A model generated the notes under the pieces. That model saw nothing but the letters and a program-made list of their open reading frames with translations, made no database searches and was not told where the DNA came from. A program made the translations under genes and the position numbers. Positions 9,439 through 17,484 of a stretch of DNA of 27,465 nucleotides are shown piece by piece; the stretch's first letter is position 1; each line of letters starts with the position of its first letter. The DNA is from a virus (taxonomy: Duplodnaviria; Caudoviricetes), in IMG/VR virus record IMGVR_UViG_3300037566_000134, positions 1-27,465 of that record; one strand, written 5' to 3'.

Positions 9439-10029
9439 CTACCTCCTCACGTTCACGAGCGCGCTGGTGCGCAGCCGCTCGTTGCTGCCCTGCTGGCCGT
9501 CGCGCGCCGCAGCCTCGGCCAGCTTGCGCTGGTACAGGGCCCAGGCGTCGGCCTGCTTCCGGCGGTCCTCGGTCAGCGGCATGGCCAGATCCGCCGCCAG
9601 TCGAGCCGCGAGAGCCTGCACAAACAGCTGGCTGAACTTGCCGGTATCGGTCACGCGCTTCACGCCCCACATGTAGACCTTCGATGAACCCGCCAGCACA
9701 TACTCGCCTTCGCGGGACCAGTTCACCGGCATGCCGTCCGCACTCTGATAGACCCGATACACCGCCAGCCACTCCAGGGGAAGCGGGTGCTCGTAGAGAT
9801 CACCCCACTCGCTCAGGTCCGCCACCGTCGACACCGCCCGGGCCGTGGCGAAGGTCCACATGCGCTCCTCCAGCACCGCATCGCGCAGGAAGGGGTAGTT
9901 GTCCCGGCAGATATTCGCGTTCTGGCTAGCATCGCTGAGCGAGGTAATCGGCCGCTCACCCAGCCACCCCAGCGCCTGGTTGCAGATGCTGACCTCGGAG
10001 ACCATCGAGCGGTTTTGTTGAGTGGCCAT
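9439..10029 (-). CDS. Head-tail adaptor / tail tubular protein A-like (T7 gp11-type)
   Basis: SEVSICNQALGWLGERPITSL..C..NY...RDAVL....WTFA and FVQALAARLAADLAMPLT are typical of this family. Confidence 0.85.
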   Translation of the reverse strand: MATQQNRSMVSEVSICNQALGWLGERPITSLSDASQNANICRDNYPFLRDAVLEERMWTFATARAVSTVADLSEWGDLYEHPLPLEWLAVYRVYQSADGMPVNWSREGEYVLAGSSKVYMWGVKRVTDTGKFSQLFVQALAARLAADLAMPLTEDRRKQADAWALYQRKLAEAAARDGQQGSNERLRTSALVNVRR

Positions 10030-10035
10030 AATCCG

Positions 10036-11310
10036 TTACCCCTGTGGGAATATACAGTATTCTGGAGTTGTATAGTCTGTCCGATTTCTTTTCCAGGCTG
10101 CATTAAGTGCCGCTATATCAGCGTTCAAGAGAATGTCAGAATGCTGCCCATTCTGAGCAAAATAGATCCTATCGAAGTCAGAGTTAGGCACGAATGAATA
10201 CTGGGTGGTGCTGGGATTTAGGGGCGGCACCGTATAATCGCCGGAAGCGGCAAGTTCTCCGTCCAGATGGATAGCATAGGTGTGGTTGCGTGTGACATTA
10301 CCGCCAGACAAGGTATCCGGGCCGGTGACTGCAAACCCGATCAGATGCGGCTCGCCATCCAAGGGGAAAGGCACGTCAAAACTGGAAAAACCAGATCCGG
10401 TTGCACCAACAGTCAAGCGGAGAGTGGTCCCACTATTTACCACCGATAGCGTAGCTTCATGCGACCAAACGGCCGAGGGCGATCCGTCTTGAGCATAGTT
10501 TAAGATGAACCTAAATGGTCTCTGTGTTCCTGCGGTTCCGCCACGCCAAACCATGAAGGCGTTATAGCTTGGGCTGGGAATCGAAATACCGTAATCATTA
10601 CTGTCATCTTTGGCTGTGATGTTCGTGCCAGAACTCCAGCGAATCGCATCACACCCTCCAGGCAGCCATACACCAGAAGTCAGAAGATCATGGTTCGCGC
10701 CGGCTGGTGCTACGTCGATATTGACGGTTCCCTCCAGGTATAGATCCACATCGGGATTGTTGTCGCAGGGCCAATAATATTGTGACTGTCCTGCTATCTG
10801 CTTCAACGCATCGCATTCATAAGGCCTACATTCCGGGTTCTCCTCGTAGTATTCTCCCTCTGCTGCATCCTCTATCGGGTCAAGCCCTTGCGCCTTTTCC
10901 CTGCAGTCACAGTAGTGCCCCTCGATCTCCTGCTGAATCATGCACAGCTTGTCGGCCGCAAACTCGAAGGATTCCGGCGTGAACTCGCCGTCCGTTTCAA
11001 ATTCCACGTCATTGATGATCGGCGTTTTCCGCTGCATGGTCAGGCGGGTGATCTGCGCTCCAGCAAGTGCCACAAAGAAGGCGTCTGTAAGGGTGATTTT
11101 GCCGCGCTTGTAGATAGGCCCGCGCCCCTCAAACTCGATGTCGAAGGCGTAGGTGCCTGCAGGAAATGACTCCCGCGCAGCGACACCACCGGCGACGTAA
11201 TCCACCCACAGGATGAACGTGGTGTCACCAGTGGACTCGAACTCGAAGAAATACTCCCGCTCATTATCCGGGCTGTACAGTTCAAGTTGGTAGGCACTGT
11301 CAATCGTCAT
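10036..11310 (-). CDS. Tail fibre/receptor-binding-like protein: T7 gp17-type N-terminal anchor plus LamG/ConA-like C-terminal domain
   Basis: Anchor signature LTMQRKTPI..F..ESFEFAADKLCMIQQEI. C-terminal YYWPCD..LDGEPHLIGF..IHLDGELAASG..DIAALNAA resembles LamG. ATGA overlap at 11307-11310. Confidence 0.65.
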   Translation of the reverse strand: MTIDSAYQLELYSPDNEREYFFEFESTGDTTFILWVDYVAGGVAARESFPAGTYAFDIEFEGRGPIYKRGKITLTDAFFVALAGAQITRLTMQRKTPIINDVEFETDGEFTPESFEFAADKLCMIQQEIEGHYCDCREKAQGLDPIEDAAEGEYYEENPECRPYECDALKQIAGQSQYYWPCDNNPDVDLYLEGTVNIDVAPAGANHDLLTSGVWLPGGCDAIRWSSGTNITAKDDSNDYGISIPSPSYNAFMVWRGGTAGTQRPFRFILNYAQDGSPSAVWSHEATLSVVNSGTTLRLTVGATGSGFSSFDVPFPLDGEPHLIGFAVTGPDTLSGGNVTRNHTYAIHLDGELAASGDYTVPPLNPSTTQYSFVPNSDFDRIYFAQNGQHSDILLNADIAALNAAWKRNRTDYTTPEYCIFPQG

Positions 11311-11843
11311 GTTTCCCCCGGCCTATCGGTGCAGTCCTCGGCAGAGCCGTCGATCTCAGTGGCGATCTGGTAGAGCTTGTCCAGGCCTGCATTGATCGCC
11401 GCTGCAGGTAAATACCCGTAAGGCGGGAACGACATCTCTTGAGTGATCGGCGTGGTGACCACCGCGTCACACTTTCGCTTGGCGATCTCCTGGAAAATCA
11501 TCGTGTGATAGTCCAGGACATACTCGATCATCTTTGCCCGGAAGGGGCGGCCGGTCGGAAAGTCGACCAGCTGCACGATGCGGGTGTTCCGCTCCACGGT
11601 GATGGTGACCGTGCCCGTGGTGTGGGGCCGGTTGAACCGAATAGTACCGCCGGCGTAAACCGGTATCCGGTCCTGCTTGAACTCTGACGTGTAGTCGTTG
11701 GGACTGACCAGAACCTTCTCGGTGAAGCCGTCCAGGATCTCGTAAACCTCGATGGACGCCAGTCCGCTGTGTTCGAAGCCGAAGGTGTACTCCCGGTTAG
11801 CGTTGGGCAGGAAGGCCTCGGGCTCGTAGATCTCCAGAATCAT
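11307..11843 (-). CDS. Stand-alone tail-fibre anchor-domain protein (178 aa), paralogue of the downstream gene's N-terminus
   Basis: Start ATG 11843 by ATGA overlap with the nozzle stop. Motifs REYTFGF, GGTIRF, ITVERNT..QLVDF....F....IEYVLDYHTMIFQEI. Confidence 0.68.
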   Translation of the reverse strand: MILEIYEPEAFLPNANREYTFGFEHSGLASIEVYEILDGFTEKVLVSPNDYTSEFKQDRIPVYAGGTIRFNRPHTTGTVTITVERNTRIVQLVDFPTGRPFRAKMIEYVLDYHTMIFQEIAKRKCDAVVTTPITQEMSFPPYGYLPAAAINAGLDKLYQIATEIDGSAEDCTDRPGET

Positions 11844-14158
11844 GAGTTCACCACCAGGTCGCCGTACACACCCAGGATCTCGCACATCACCGGCTGGTCC
11901 TCCTCGATGGTGATGACCTGGTAGGGATCCCAGCCCATCTTGGAGACCCCGATGTCGTTGACAACGCTCACCGGCTGCGACTGATCCAATGGGGTCGACG
12001 GATTGCGCTCCGCCGGCCGCTCGCCGTTGATGATCGGATTGGAGGAATACAGCACGCGGACGGAGAAGTCCCTGTATCGCATCTTCGCCCCGGGATCGGC
12101 GCTTTCCGGCGGCAGAGTCTTGAGGTAACAGCGGTTCAGTAGCCCGACGCGAACCAGGGCCACGGTGATCGGGTTTCCAGCCTGGTCTGTCAGCTCGACC
12201 TGGCCGTCACTCACCACGAAAGTGCCGTAGGAATTGGTGTTGTCGTAGACCTGCACCCGCTTTCCATCGAGGTGATTCAGGCCGCTGATGGTGTTGCCCT
12301 CGGTCTCCAGGTTCACCACCACCGTGGACGAGGTGTAATCCCAGCGACCAGTTTCACGCCAGTTCGGGATAGCCTCCAGGAACAGCTTGGTATTGCCCGC
12401 CACACGGCGCTCCACGACGAGGTATGCCACGTCCACGCCGTTCTCGTCAGCCTGCACGCACAGGTCGCGGATGATGCCCTGGGCCAGCCGGTAGCGGCTC
12501 CAGCCGGACACCCCAGACTCCGAGGTGAATACCGCGATCTCCCCGGCCCGGGTGAGCACCAGGCACATCTGGTGCGGGTTCCGCATGCGCGCCATCCGCA
12601 CGATGCCCGCGGCACAGATCCCGGGGTTCAGCAGGGTGAGATCCGGCGCCGTCCAGCCCTGCACGCGATAGTCATAGGACATGCTGCGGACCTTGGTACC
12701 GCCCTCGGCCGCGAAGATCACACCCTCGCCGAATGCCGCCGGCTGCACATTGCTGCTGCCGTGGGTGGAGTGGAGATTCACACCCAGGTCGCCCGGGGAA
12801 AAGATGCTGTCGCCGGTGGCGATATACTCCATCTCCATGGCGCCAACCAGCAGAGACTTGTGGCCGTGCACCCACTGGATCGGGCTGCGGTAGATGGCCG
12901 TGAACTCGATGCTGTCGTCGGGATTCACCGCATCAGCTGTAAAGGTGTCCCACTCGCCCACCTCGGTGCCCCACACAGTCTCGGTGGCGCTGGTGATCGG
13001 CGAGCCCAGCACCTCGTAGGAGTTGCCGCCCGCCAGGATCAGGCGGCCGTGGTAGCTCGTGCAGGTCGCCGGGTAGTTGTCCGCAGCCCACACCACCGGG
13101 GCATTGGTGAAAGTGATCTCCTCGAACACATAGGAGCCGCCACCAGTGTCGAAGTACAGGCGGCGAGGCGCGTGCCGCGGGTGCGTAACCACCAGCTCCT
13201 TGTCCCCGTAGGGTGACTGAATATAGTGCAGGTCTTGCAGGTCAGACGCGGTGTAGGGAGTGGTGAGCGGGGCCTGATCCTCGGTGGCCACCACGCCATT
13301 AGCGAAGATGCCGAATCGCTCCACGCGGAAGTGCGGCGTGCTCCACTTCTCCTCCTCGGACGACTGGGCAGTCAGGGTGATGGTGATGTAGAGATCCCCG
13401 GTCCACCCGGAAGTCGGCAGGGCCACGTTCAGCGTGCGCTCACGGATGGTGCCAACGTCGCCACTGAAATTGAAGTTCCACACGTTGGAACCGCCTTCCG
13501 TGGTACCGACCTTCACATTGAAAACGTACCCACCTTTCAATGGGCGGTTCGCGGCATAGACGAACCGATAGTCCAGGGTGATAGCGTCGGTTGCGGTGTC
13601 GACGTTGACCATCAGCTTCGCCGTGGCAGTGGTGGAGTCGCTGGCCACTTCGTAGTACCTAGCAATCATCACCAGCAAACCAGGCTGCCACCACACGCCC
13701 AGGGGCCCCTCGCCGTTGGCGCTGATGTACTGGCCCGGCTCCAGATCCCATGCTGCACTGCGCTGCCCGAATTCGGGATTCGGCACGATCTGCTTGCGGA
13801 ATGCAATCAGTCCGTCGCTCAGCACTACGTTCTCACCGACACCGGCGCCGATCTCAGTGGTAAGCGTGATCGAGCCGGGGGTGAAGATGGCCAGGCTACG
13901 CTCGTTGGCGCGCGTCAGGTACGGGATCACCCGGGCCGCGGTTGCGGAGGCTTCCCCGCCCTCACCGTCGGGCATCATAATCTCGCGCATGAACCGGCTG
14001 CCCGGGGCCCTGCGGGCGCTGCCCAGCAGCGTAGGGTAGAAGTTCACCATCTCGATGGCGCCGCGCTTGTAGGCATCGGTATCCGCACGCATCAGCATGC
14101 GCCCGGAGATCTCCCCGGCGGAGAAGTCGCGCTGAATGTGGGTGCGGCGGCTGCTCAT
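11840..14158 (-). CDS. Tail nozzle / tail tubular protein B (T7 gp12 / P22 gp10-like)
   Basis: N-terminal QRDFSAGEIS.RM..RAD...Y......VNF....GSARRAPG, YPATCTSYHGRLILAG, GWSRY; 772 aa. Confidence 0.88.
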   Translation of the reverse strand: MSSRRTHIQRDFSAGEISGRMLMRADTDAYKRGAIEMVNFYPTLLGSARRAPGSRFMREIMMPDGEGGEASATAARVIPYLTRANERSLAIFTPGSITLTTEIGAGVGENVVLSDGLIAFRKQIVPNPEFGQRSAAWDLEPGQYISANGEGPLGVWWQPGLLVMIARYYEVASDSTTATAKLMVNVDTATDAITLDYRFVYAANRPLKGGYVFNVKVGTTEGGSNVWNFNFSGDVGTIRERTLNVALPTSGWTGDLYITITLTAQSSEEEKWSTPHFRVERFGIFANGVVATEDQAPLTTPYTASDLQDLHYIQSPYGDKELVVTHPRHAPRRLYFDTGGGSYVFEEITFTNAPVVWAADNYPATCTSYHGRLILAGGNSYEVLGSPITSATETVWGTEVGEWDTFTADAVNPDDSIEFTAIYRSPIQWVHGHKSLLVGAMEMEYIATGDSIFSPGDLGVNLHSTHGSSNVQPAAFGEGVIFAAEGGTKVRSMSYDYRVQGWTAPDLTLLNPGICAAGIVRMARMRNPHQMCLVLTRAGEIAVFTSESGVSGWSRYRLAQGIIRDLCVQADENGVDVAYLVVERRVAGNTKLFLEAIPNWRETGRWDYTSSTVVVNLETEGNTISGLNHLDGKRVQVYDNTNSYGTFVVSDGQVELTDQAGNPITVALVRVGLLNRCYLKTLPPESADPGAKMRYRDFSVRVLYSSNPIINGERPAERNPSTPLDQSQPVSVVNDIGVSKMGWDPYQVITIEEDQPVMCEILGVYGDLVVNS

Positions 14159-14643
14159 CGGGAAACCTTCCTCGCATGCTCCTGGCAGGCGGTGAGCCGG
14201 TTCACCACGGAATCAGCCTCGCCCGCTATTCGAATAAGAAATTCTTGATCCGCTGCAGAAAGTCCGCCTCGGCGGGCTCCATCATCGCCGGTGCCGGCGG
14301 TGGTGGCCTCGGACAGTTGTCGCTGGCAACCCTGGAACCGCTCGCGCAGCCGGAGATTGCCACCGCGCAGATCAGCCAGAGTGGTATCAACCTCCTGGAG
14401 GTTCTGCCGCTGGGCGGCGTGCAGCCGCGCCTGGGTGTCGTGCAGTTCATCGGCCCACTTCCTCTCCTGTTCGTTGTGTCGCTTCACCAGCTCGGTTATG
14501 GCGTCCGAGGTGGCGGCGCGCTCGGCGTTCCACTGCGCCTGAATGTGATCCTCGCCGGCGCTGTGCCCGATCTCGTATGCGCCCCACAGCAGGGCGGCAA
14601 TCGCTGCCAGCGCGATACCAATGGCGATCAACGGTGCCTTCAT
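14155..14643 (-). CDS. Rz: Inner-membrane spanin (Rz-like, 162 aa)
   Basis: N-terminal TM segment, coiled-coil, DLRGGNLRLR..F.GC, IAGEADSVVNRLTACQ. ATG 14643 with GGGAG SD and ATGA overlap with the holin stop. Confidence 0.9.
   Translation of the reverse strand: MKAPLIAIGIALAAIAALLWGAYEIGHSAGEDHIQAQWNAERAATSDAITELVKRHNEQERKWADELHDTQARLHAAQRQNLQEVDTTLADLRGGNLRLRERFQGCQRQLSEATTAGTGDDGARRGGLSAADQEFLIRIAGEADSVVNRLTACQEHARKVSR
14226..14450 (-). CDS. Rz1: Outer-membrane lipoprotein spanin (Rz1-like), fully embedded in Rz in another frame
   Basis: Hydrophobic stretch LIPLWLICAVA, lipobox ISGC, Pro-rich mature part CPRPPPPAPAMMEP. Purine-rich GGAGAGGAAG upstream. Exact start uncertain. Confidence 0.85.
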   Translation of the reverse strand: MNCTTPRRGCTPPSGRTSRRLIPLWLICAVAISGCASGSRVASDNCPRPPPPAPAMMEPAEADFLQRIKNFLFE

Positions 14644-14888
14644 GGCTTGCTCCCGGGCCACTGCCGGCCGCTATCCAGGTAGAACTTCGTGGCGCCAGCC
14701 GCAGCGCCCCACACCACATTGATGAACCACTGCTGCGGGTCCGTCGGATCTGGCAAGCCCTGGAACCAGGTAGTGGCCTGCCACACCATGTAGCCGTACC
14801 CCACCACCATGGCCCGCGGCACCAGGCGCCACGCGTCCGCCACCTCGGCGGCATCCATCAGCGTCTGCTTGCCAGGCAGGCCGGTCAT
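14640..14888 (-). CDS. Holin-like small membrane protein (82 aa)
   Basis: Between endolysin and Rz with ATGA overlaps at both ends. Two moderately hydrophobic segments (DAWRLVPRAMVVGYGYMVW; QQWFINVVWGAAAGATKFY). SD GAGGTG. Confidence 0.7.
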   Translation of the reverse strand: MTGLPGKQTLMDAAEVADAWRLVPRAMVVGYGYMVWQATTWFQGLPDPTDPQQWFINVVWGAAAGATKFYLDSGRQWPGSKP

Positions 14889-15244
14889 CCCGCCCACCTC
14901 GCATGCCCATCCCGGCTGTCCACATGGGTGAACGAGCGATACTGCCCAAGGCCAGGAACACCCAGCTGCAGGCAATACTCCTGCACCACCTCTGGCGGGA
15001 CGTTCAGTACCTTGATGTCTGCAGCCCTGCCCAGCAGATGCTGGCTGTTCTCGCTGCCGCCCTCCTTGCGGTTGTGCTCCTCACAGCGGCACCCGCTGGT
15101 CACCAGCACAGGCTGCTCGAAGAAGTTGCGCACACGCTCCAGAATGCGGATCAGCTCAGCGTCCACCGTGTTGAAGCCACACCCACAGCGGCAGCGGAAC
15201 TCGTCGCGGTGGAAATGCTCTGAAAGTTGCCCTGGCTTATTCAC
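14885..15244 (-). CDS. Endolysin, peptidase M15A-type Zn metallopeptidase (119 aa)
   Basis: LSEHFHRDEFRCRCGCG, SGCRCEEHN..GGSENSQHLLGRAADI, FTHVD (SxHxxGxAxD..HxD motif). GTG start 15244 by GTGA overlap. Confidence 0.92.
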   Translation of the reverse strand: MNKPGQLSEHFHRDEFRCRCGCGFNTVDAELIRILERVRNFFEQPVLVTSGCRCEEHNRKEGGSENSQHLLGRAADIKVLNVPPEVVQEYCLQLGVPGLGQYRSFTHVDSRDGHARWAG

Positions 15245-15519
15245 CGCAATGCCCCCTTGATCGCCTTCACCAGCGACCCCCAAAACGACGACAGCATGAA
15301 CGCGATAATCAGCGGCACCGCCCACATGCAGGCGGAGTAGATGATTTTCTTTTTCAGCTCGGCCAGATCCTCCTCGCGGCGAATCAGCACAGCGACGTGG
15401 TTGTGATGCTTCGAGTGGATCTCCGGCTCGATCCAGTGCGCACGCTTGCGCTCCGTCATCTCGTCAACGATCATCCTGGCCAGCTTTGCTGCGTCCTTAT
15501 CTGTCAAGTCATCAGTCAT
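15241..15519 (-). CDS. Small single-TM membrane protein at the head of the lysis cassette (92 aa); possible second holin/antiholin
   Basis: C-terminal hydrophobic helix IIYSACMWAVPLIIAFMLSSFW; stop overlaps the endolysin start. Confidence 0.6.
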   Translation of the reverse strand: MTDDLTDKDAAKLARMIVDEMTERKRAHWIEPEIHSKHHNHVAVLIRREEDLAELKKKIIYSACMWAVPLIIAFMLSSFWGSLVKAIKGALR

Positions 15520-15526
15520 ATGGCGT

Positions 15527-15763
15527 CTACCAGGTGCTCAGCGCGACCCGCTTCCAGGTATCAGTGGCCACGCAGACGTAGAAGTAGTCGGCGTCGTAGG
15601 CAGTCTGCCCGGGGCTGCCGGTGTCGCTCGCTGATGCTGGAGCCGTCCCACCAGGGGAGGATCCGGAAATCGCCTCGCCTACCCGCTGCAGCTCGCCGTG
15701 GAAGTGGTGATACAACTCCCTGATGTCCCGCGGCCCCGCCTTTTTTGGCTGAAATCCACTCAC
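15527..15763 (-). CDS. Small putative virion protein (78 aa)
   Basis: C-terminal G.PGQ.AYD..YFYVCVATDTWKRVALSTW motif, which I associate with phage fibre-like structural proteins. GTG start 2 nt after the upstream stop. Confidence 0.7.
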   Translation of the reverse strand: MSGFQPKKAGPRDIRELYHHFHGELQRVGEAISGSSPGGTAPASASDTGSPGQTAYDADYFYVCVATDTWKRVALSTW

Positions 15764-15765
15764 GA

Positions 15766-16683
15766 TCAGGGCCTCAACGCTACCGTGACGTTCGCCTCAT
15801 AGGTGTTGGAACCAATCGAGACCGCGAACGAACCGGACGCGCCCGCTGTTTCCAAGATCCCATATCCGACTCTGCACCCGGTATAACCTCCATTTGAATT
15901 CCACTGGTCAAGCATGGTGATGTCGACAAGGTTGCCAGAATCGAAGTCACCGATTGCTGCGGTGTTCCCGATACAAATGGACGGCACTATCATGCAGCCG
16001 TCGAGCGATGTGGTGACCGATGGAGCCAGGCATGACTTGTTCGCGCCCGTATCCAGCCGAGTATCAAAGGCGTTGATCGGTGAACTGTTCTTCGCGCAAC
16101 CGCGCCACGCAGTAATAGTTGCCATTGTCCACCAACCAGACGCAGGCACACTGACCGCGGAAGGCTCATCCGCTACGGCACGCTTCCAATATACGGTTTG
16201 CCTTCTCATTAAATTGCTGCTTCCAACTACCGTCGCAATTTCCTCCCAGCCCTCTGGGAGAGTAGGCATTGACCATGTGCCCCTGCCGGTACATAGGTGC
16301 AGGAGCAGGATGTCGTCCTCCTGGGTATCAATCGGGATTGTCGCCGACGTTCCACCAGATTCTGATGCCTTACCGGTGACCCCGACGCCAACAAAGGTAA
16401 TCTCTGTGGGGCTGGCCGAGCCACCGTCAAACCAGAACTGGTATTCACGGTCGCGCAGCGAGCCGACATACCCAAGCGACCCGAGGTAAGCGAACCAGTC
16501 ATCCACAAACGAGCCGGTTTCCGAGCCGCCAAGCTGCAGCGCCAGGAACTCCGCCCATGCGTCCCGAATTGCGCCCGACGTGGCGCCGCCAGCCTGCAGC
16601 CACTGCAGGGTCATATCGCTCATGGAGCCAGTGAATCCCTGGCTCCGGAGCGCGGCGAATTTCAGGTCGACAAGGGTGGACAT
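15766..16683 (-). CDS. Putative virion appendage/decoration protein (305 aa): repeated helical N-terminus plus beta-rich C-terminus
   Basis: Four imperfect G.-GS..D.W..(W/F/Y)L repeats, then ITFVG..TIP..TQEDDILLLHL..PEGW..VYWKRA. The 3' part is lower in GC. Confidence 0.65.
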   Translation of the reverse strand: MSTLVDLKFAALRSQGFTGSMSDMTLQWLQAGGATSGAIRDAWAEFLALQLGGSETGSFVDDWFAYLGSLGYVGSLRDREYQFWFDGGSASPTEITFVGVGVTGKASESGGTSATIPIDTQEDDILLLHLCTGRGTWSMPTLPEGWEEIATVVGSSNLMRRQTVYWKRAVADEPSAVSVPASGWWTMATITAWRGCAKNSSPINAFDTRLDTGANKSCLAPSVTTSLDGCMIVPSICIGNTAAIGDFDSGNLVDITMLDQWNSNGGYTGCRVGYGILETAGASGSFAVSIGSNTYEANVTVALRP

Positions 16684-16686
16684 GGG

Positions 16687-17055
16687 TTACTCAGGCGTGT
16701 TGTCGAAGGTCGCGGTGCTGATGTCCACGTCCTGGGCCTCGCCGGCAATGGCCTGAATGTGCACCACCCACTCGTCAGCCGTGTTGCGGCTGTGCCAGGC
16801 GCGCGCGCCAGTCAGGTTGTCGTTCAGCTCGGCGATGAAGGCATCCATCAGGCCCTTCTGGTCCTGGACCGCGGTCGTCGTCAGCGTGATGGCTGCAGAG
16901 GCATCGACGTTGCCGCCCTCGGCATCCAGCACCGCCACGGTCAGAGACATGACGGTACCGATCGGGAACGATGAATTGCCGTCCATCTTCACGAGGGACA
17001 TTGCAGAGCGCGAGACGTTGCCGTCCGCCTGCTTGATTGCGTGTGAAACTGCCAT
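16687..17055 (-). CDS. Hypothetical protein, probably virion-associated (122 aa)
   Basis: TAATG coupling to the upstream gene, GGAGG SD, located in the head module. Confidence 0.7.
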   Translation of the reverse strand: MAVSHAIKQADGNVSRSAMSLVKMDGNSSFPIGTVMSLTVAVLDAEGGNVDASAAITLTTTAVQDQKGLMDAFIAELNDNLTGARAWHSRNTADEWVVHIQAIAGEAQDVDISTATFDNTPE

Positions 17056-17441
17056 TACTTGGCCTCCTCGAGAAGCAGCTCGACCAGCCGCTTATAGGTC
17101 CGGTGCAGGAAGTGCGACTTGTCACCGGTGAGCACACCAGAGTCGACGTACAGGGAAATCAGCGCCGTCGTGTGCCCGGTGGTAACGATGTCGTTGTCAG
17201 CCCCGCCCGGGGTGATCGAGAACACAGTGTCGGCGGTATAATCCTTGATGTACGACTTGGCGAAGCGGAACAGCTTTTCCAGGTCACCGACAATCTGCTG
17301 GGGATTGGACAGGCTGATCGCACTGCCCAGTTTGATGGCCACCTCGTTGGCGCCCAGGGTGATGGCCCCGGTACCGACAGTGGCGTCCTTCTTCGGTTTC
17401 GATACACCCAGCTGAATGTGGGTGTCTGCTGCTAGCGCCAT
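17055..17441 (-). CDS. Hypothetical protein, probably virion-associated (128 aa)
   Basis: Very strong SD AAGGAGGTGA; two genes downstream of the capsid gene. Confidence 0.72.
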   Translation of the reverse strand: MALAADTHIQLGVSKPKKDATVGTGAITLGANEVAIKLGSAISLSNPQQIVGDLEKLFRFAKSYIKDYTADTVFSITPGGADNDIVTTGHTTALISLYVDSGVLTGDKSHFLHRTYKRLVELLLEEAK

Positions 17442-17484
17442 CCTTCACCTCCTTGGGCTACTTCCGGCAGGGGTAGGCCGGGGA

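Noticed and set aside
10036-16683. BPP-1-type diversity-generating retroelement acting on fibre genes
   Set aside because: No reverse transcriptase and no TR/VR-like repeat pair seen in this window.
17464-17481. ccggc/gccgg hairpin between the 110-aa and 128-aa genes
   Set aside because: Only a 5-bp stem with no U tract; expected by chance at this GC content.
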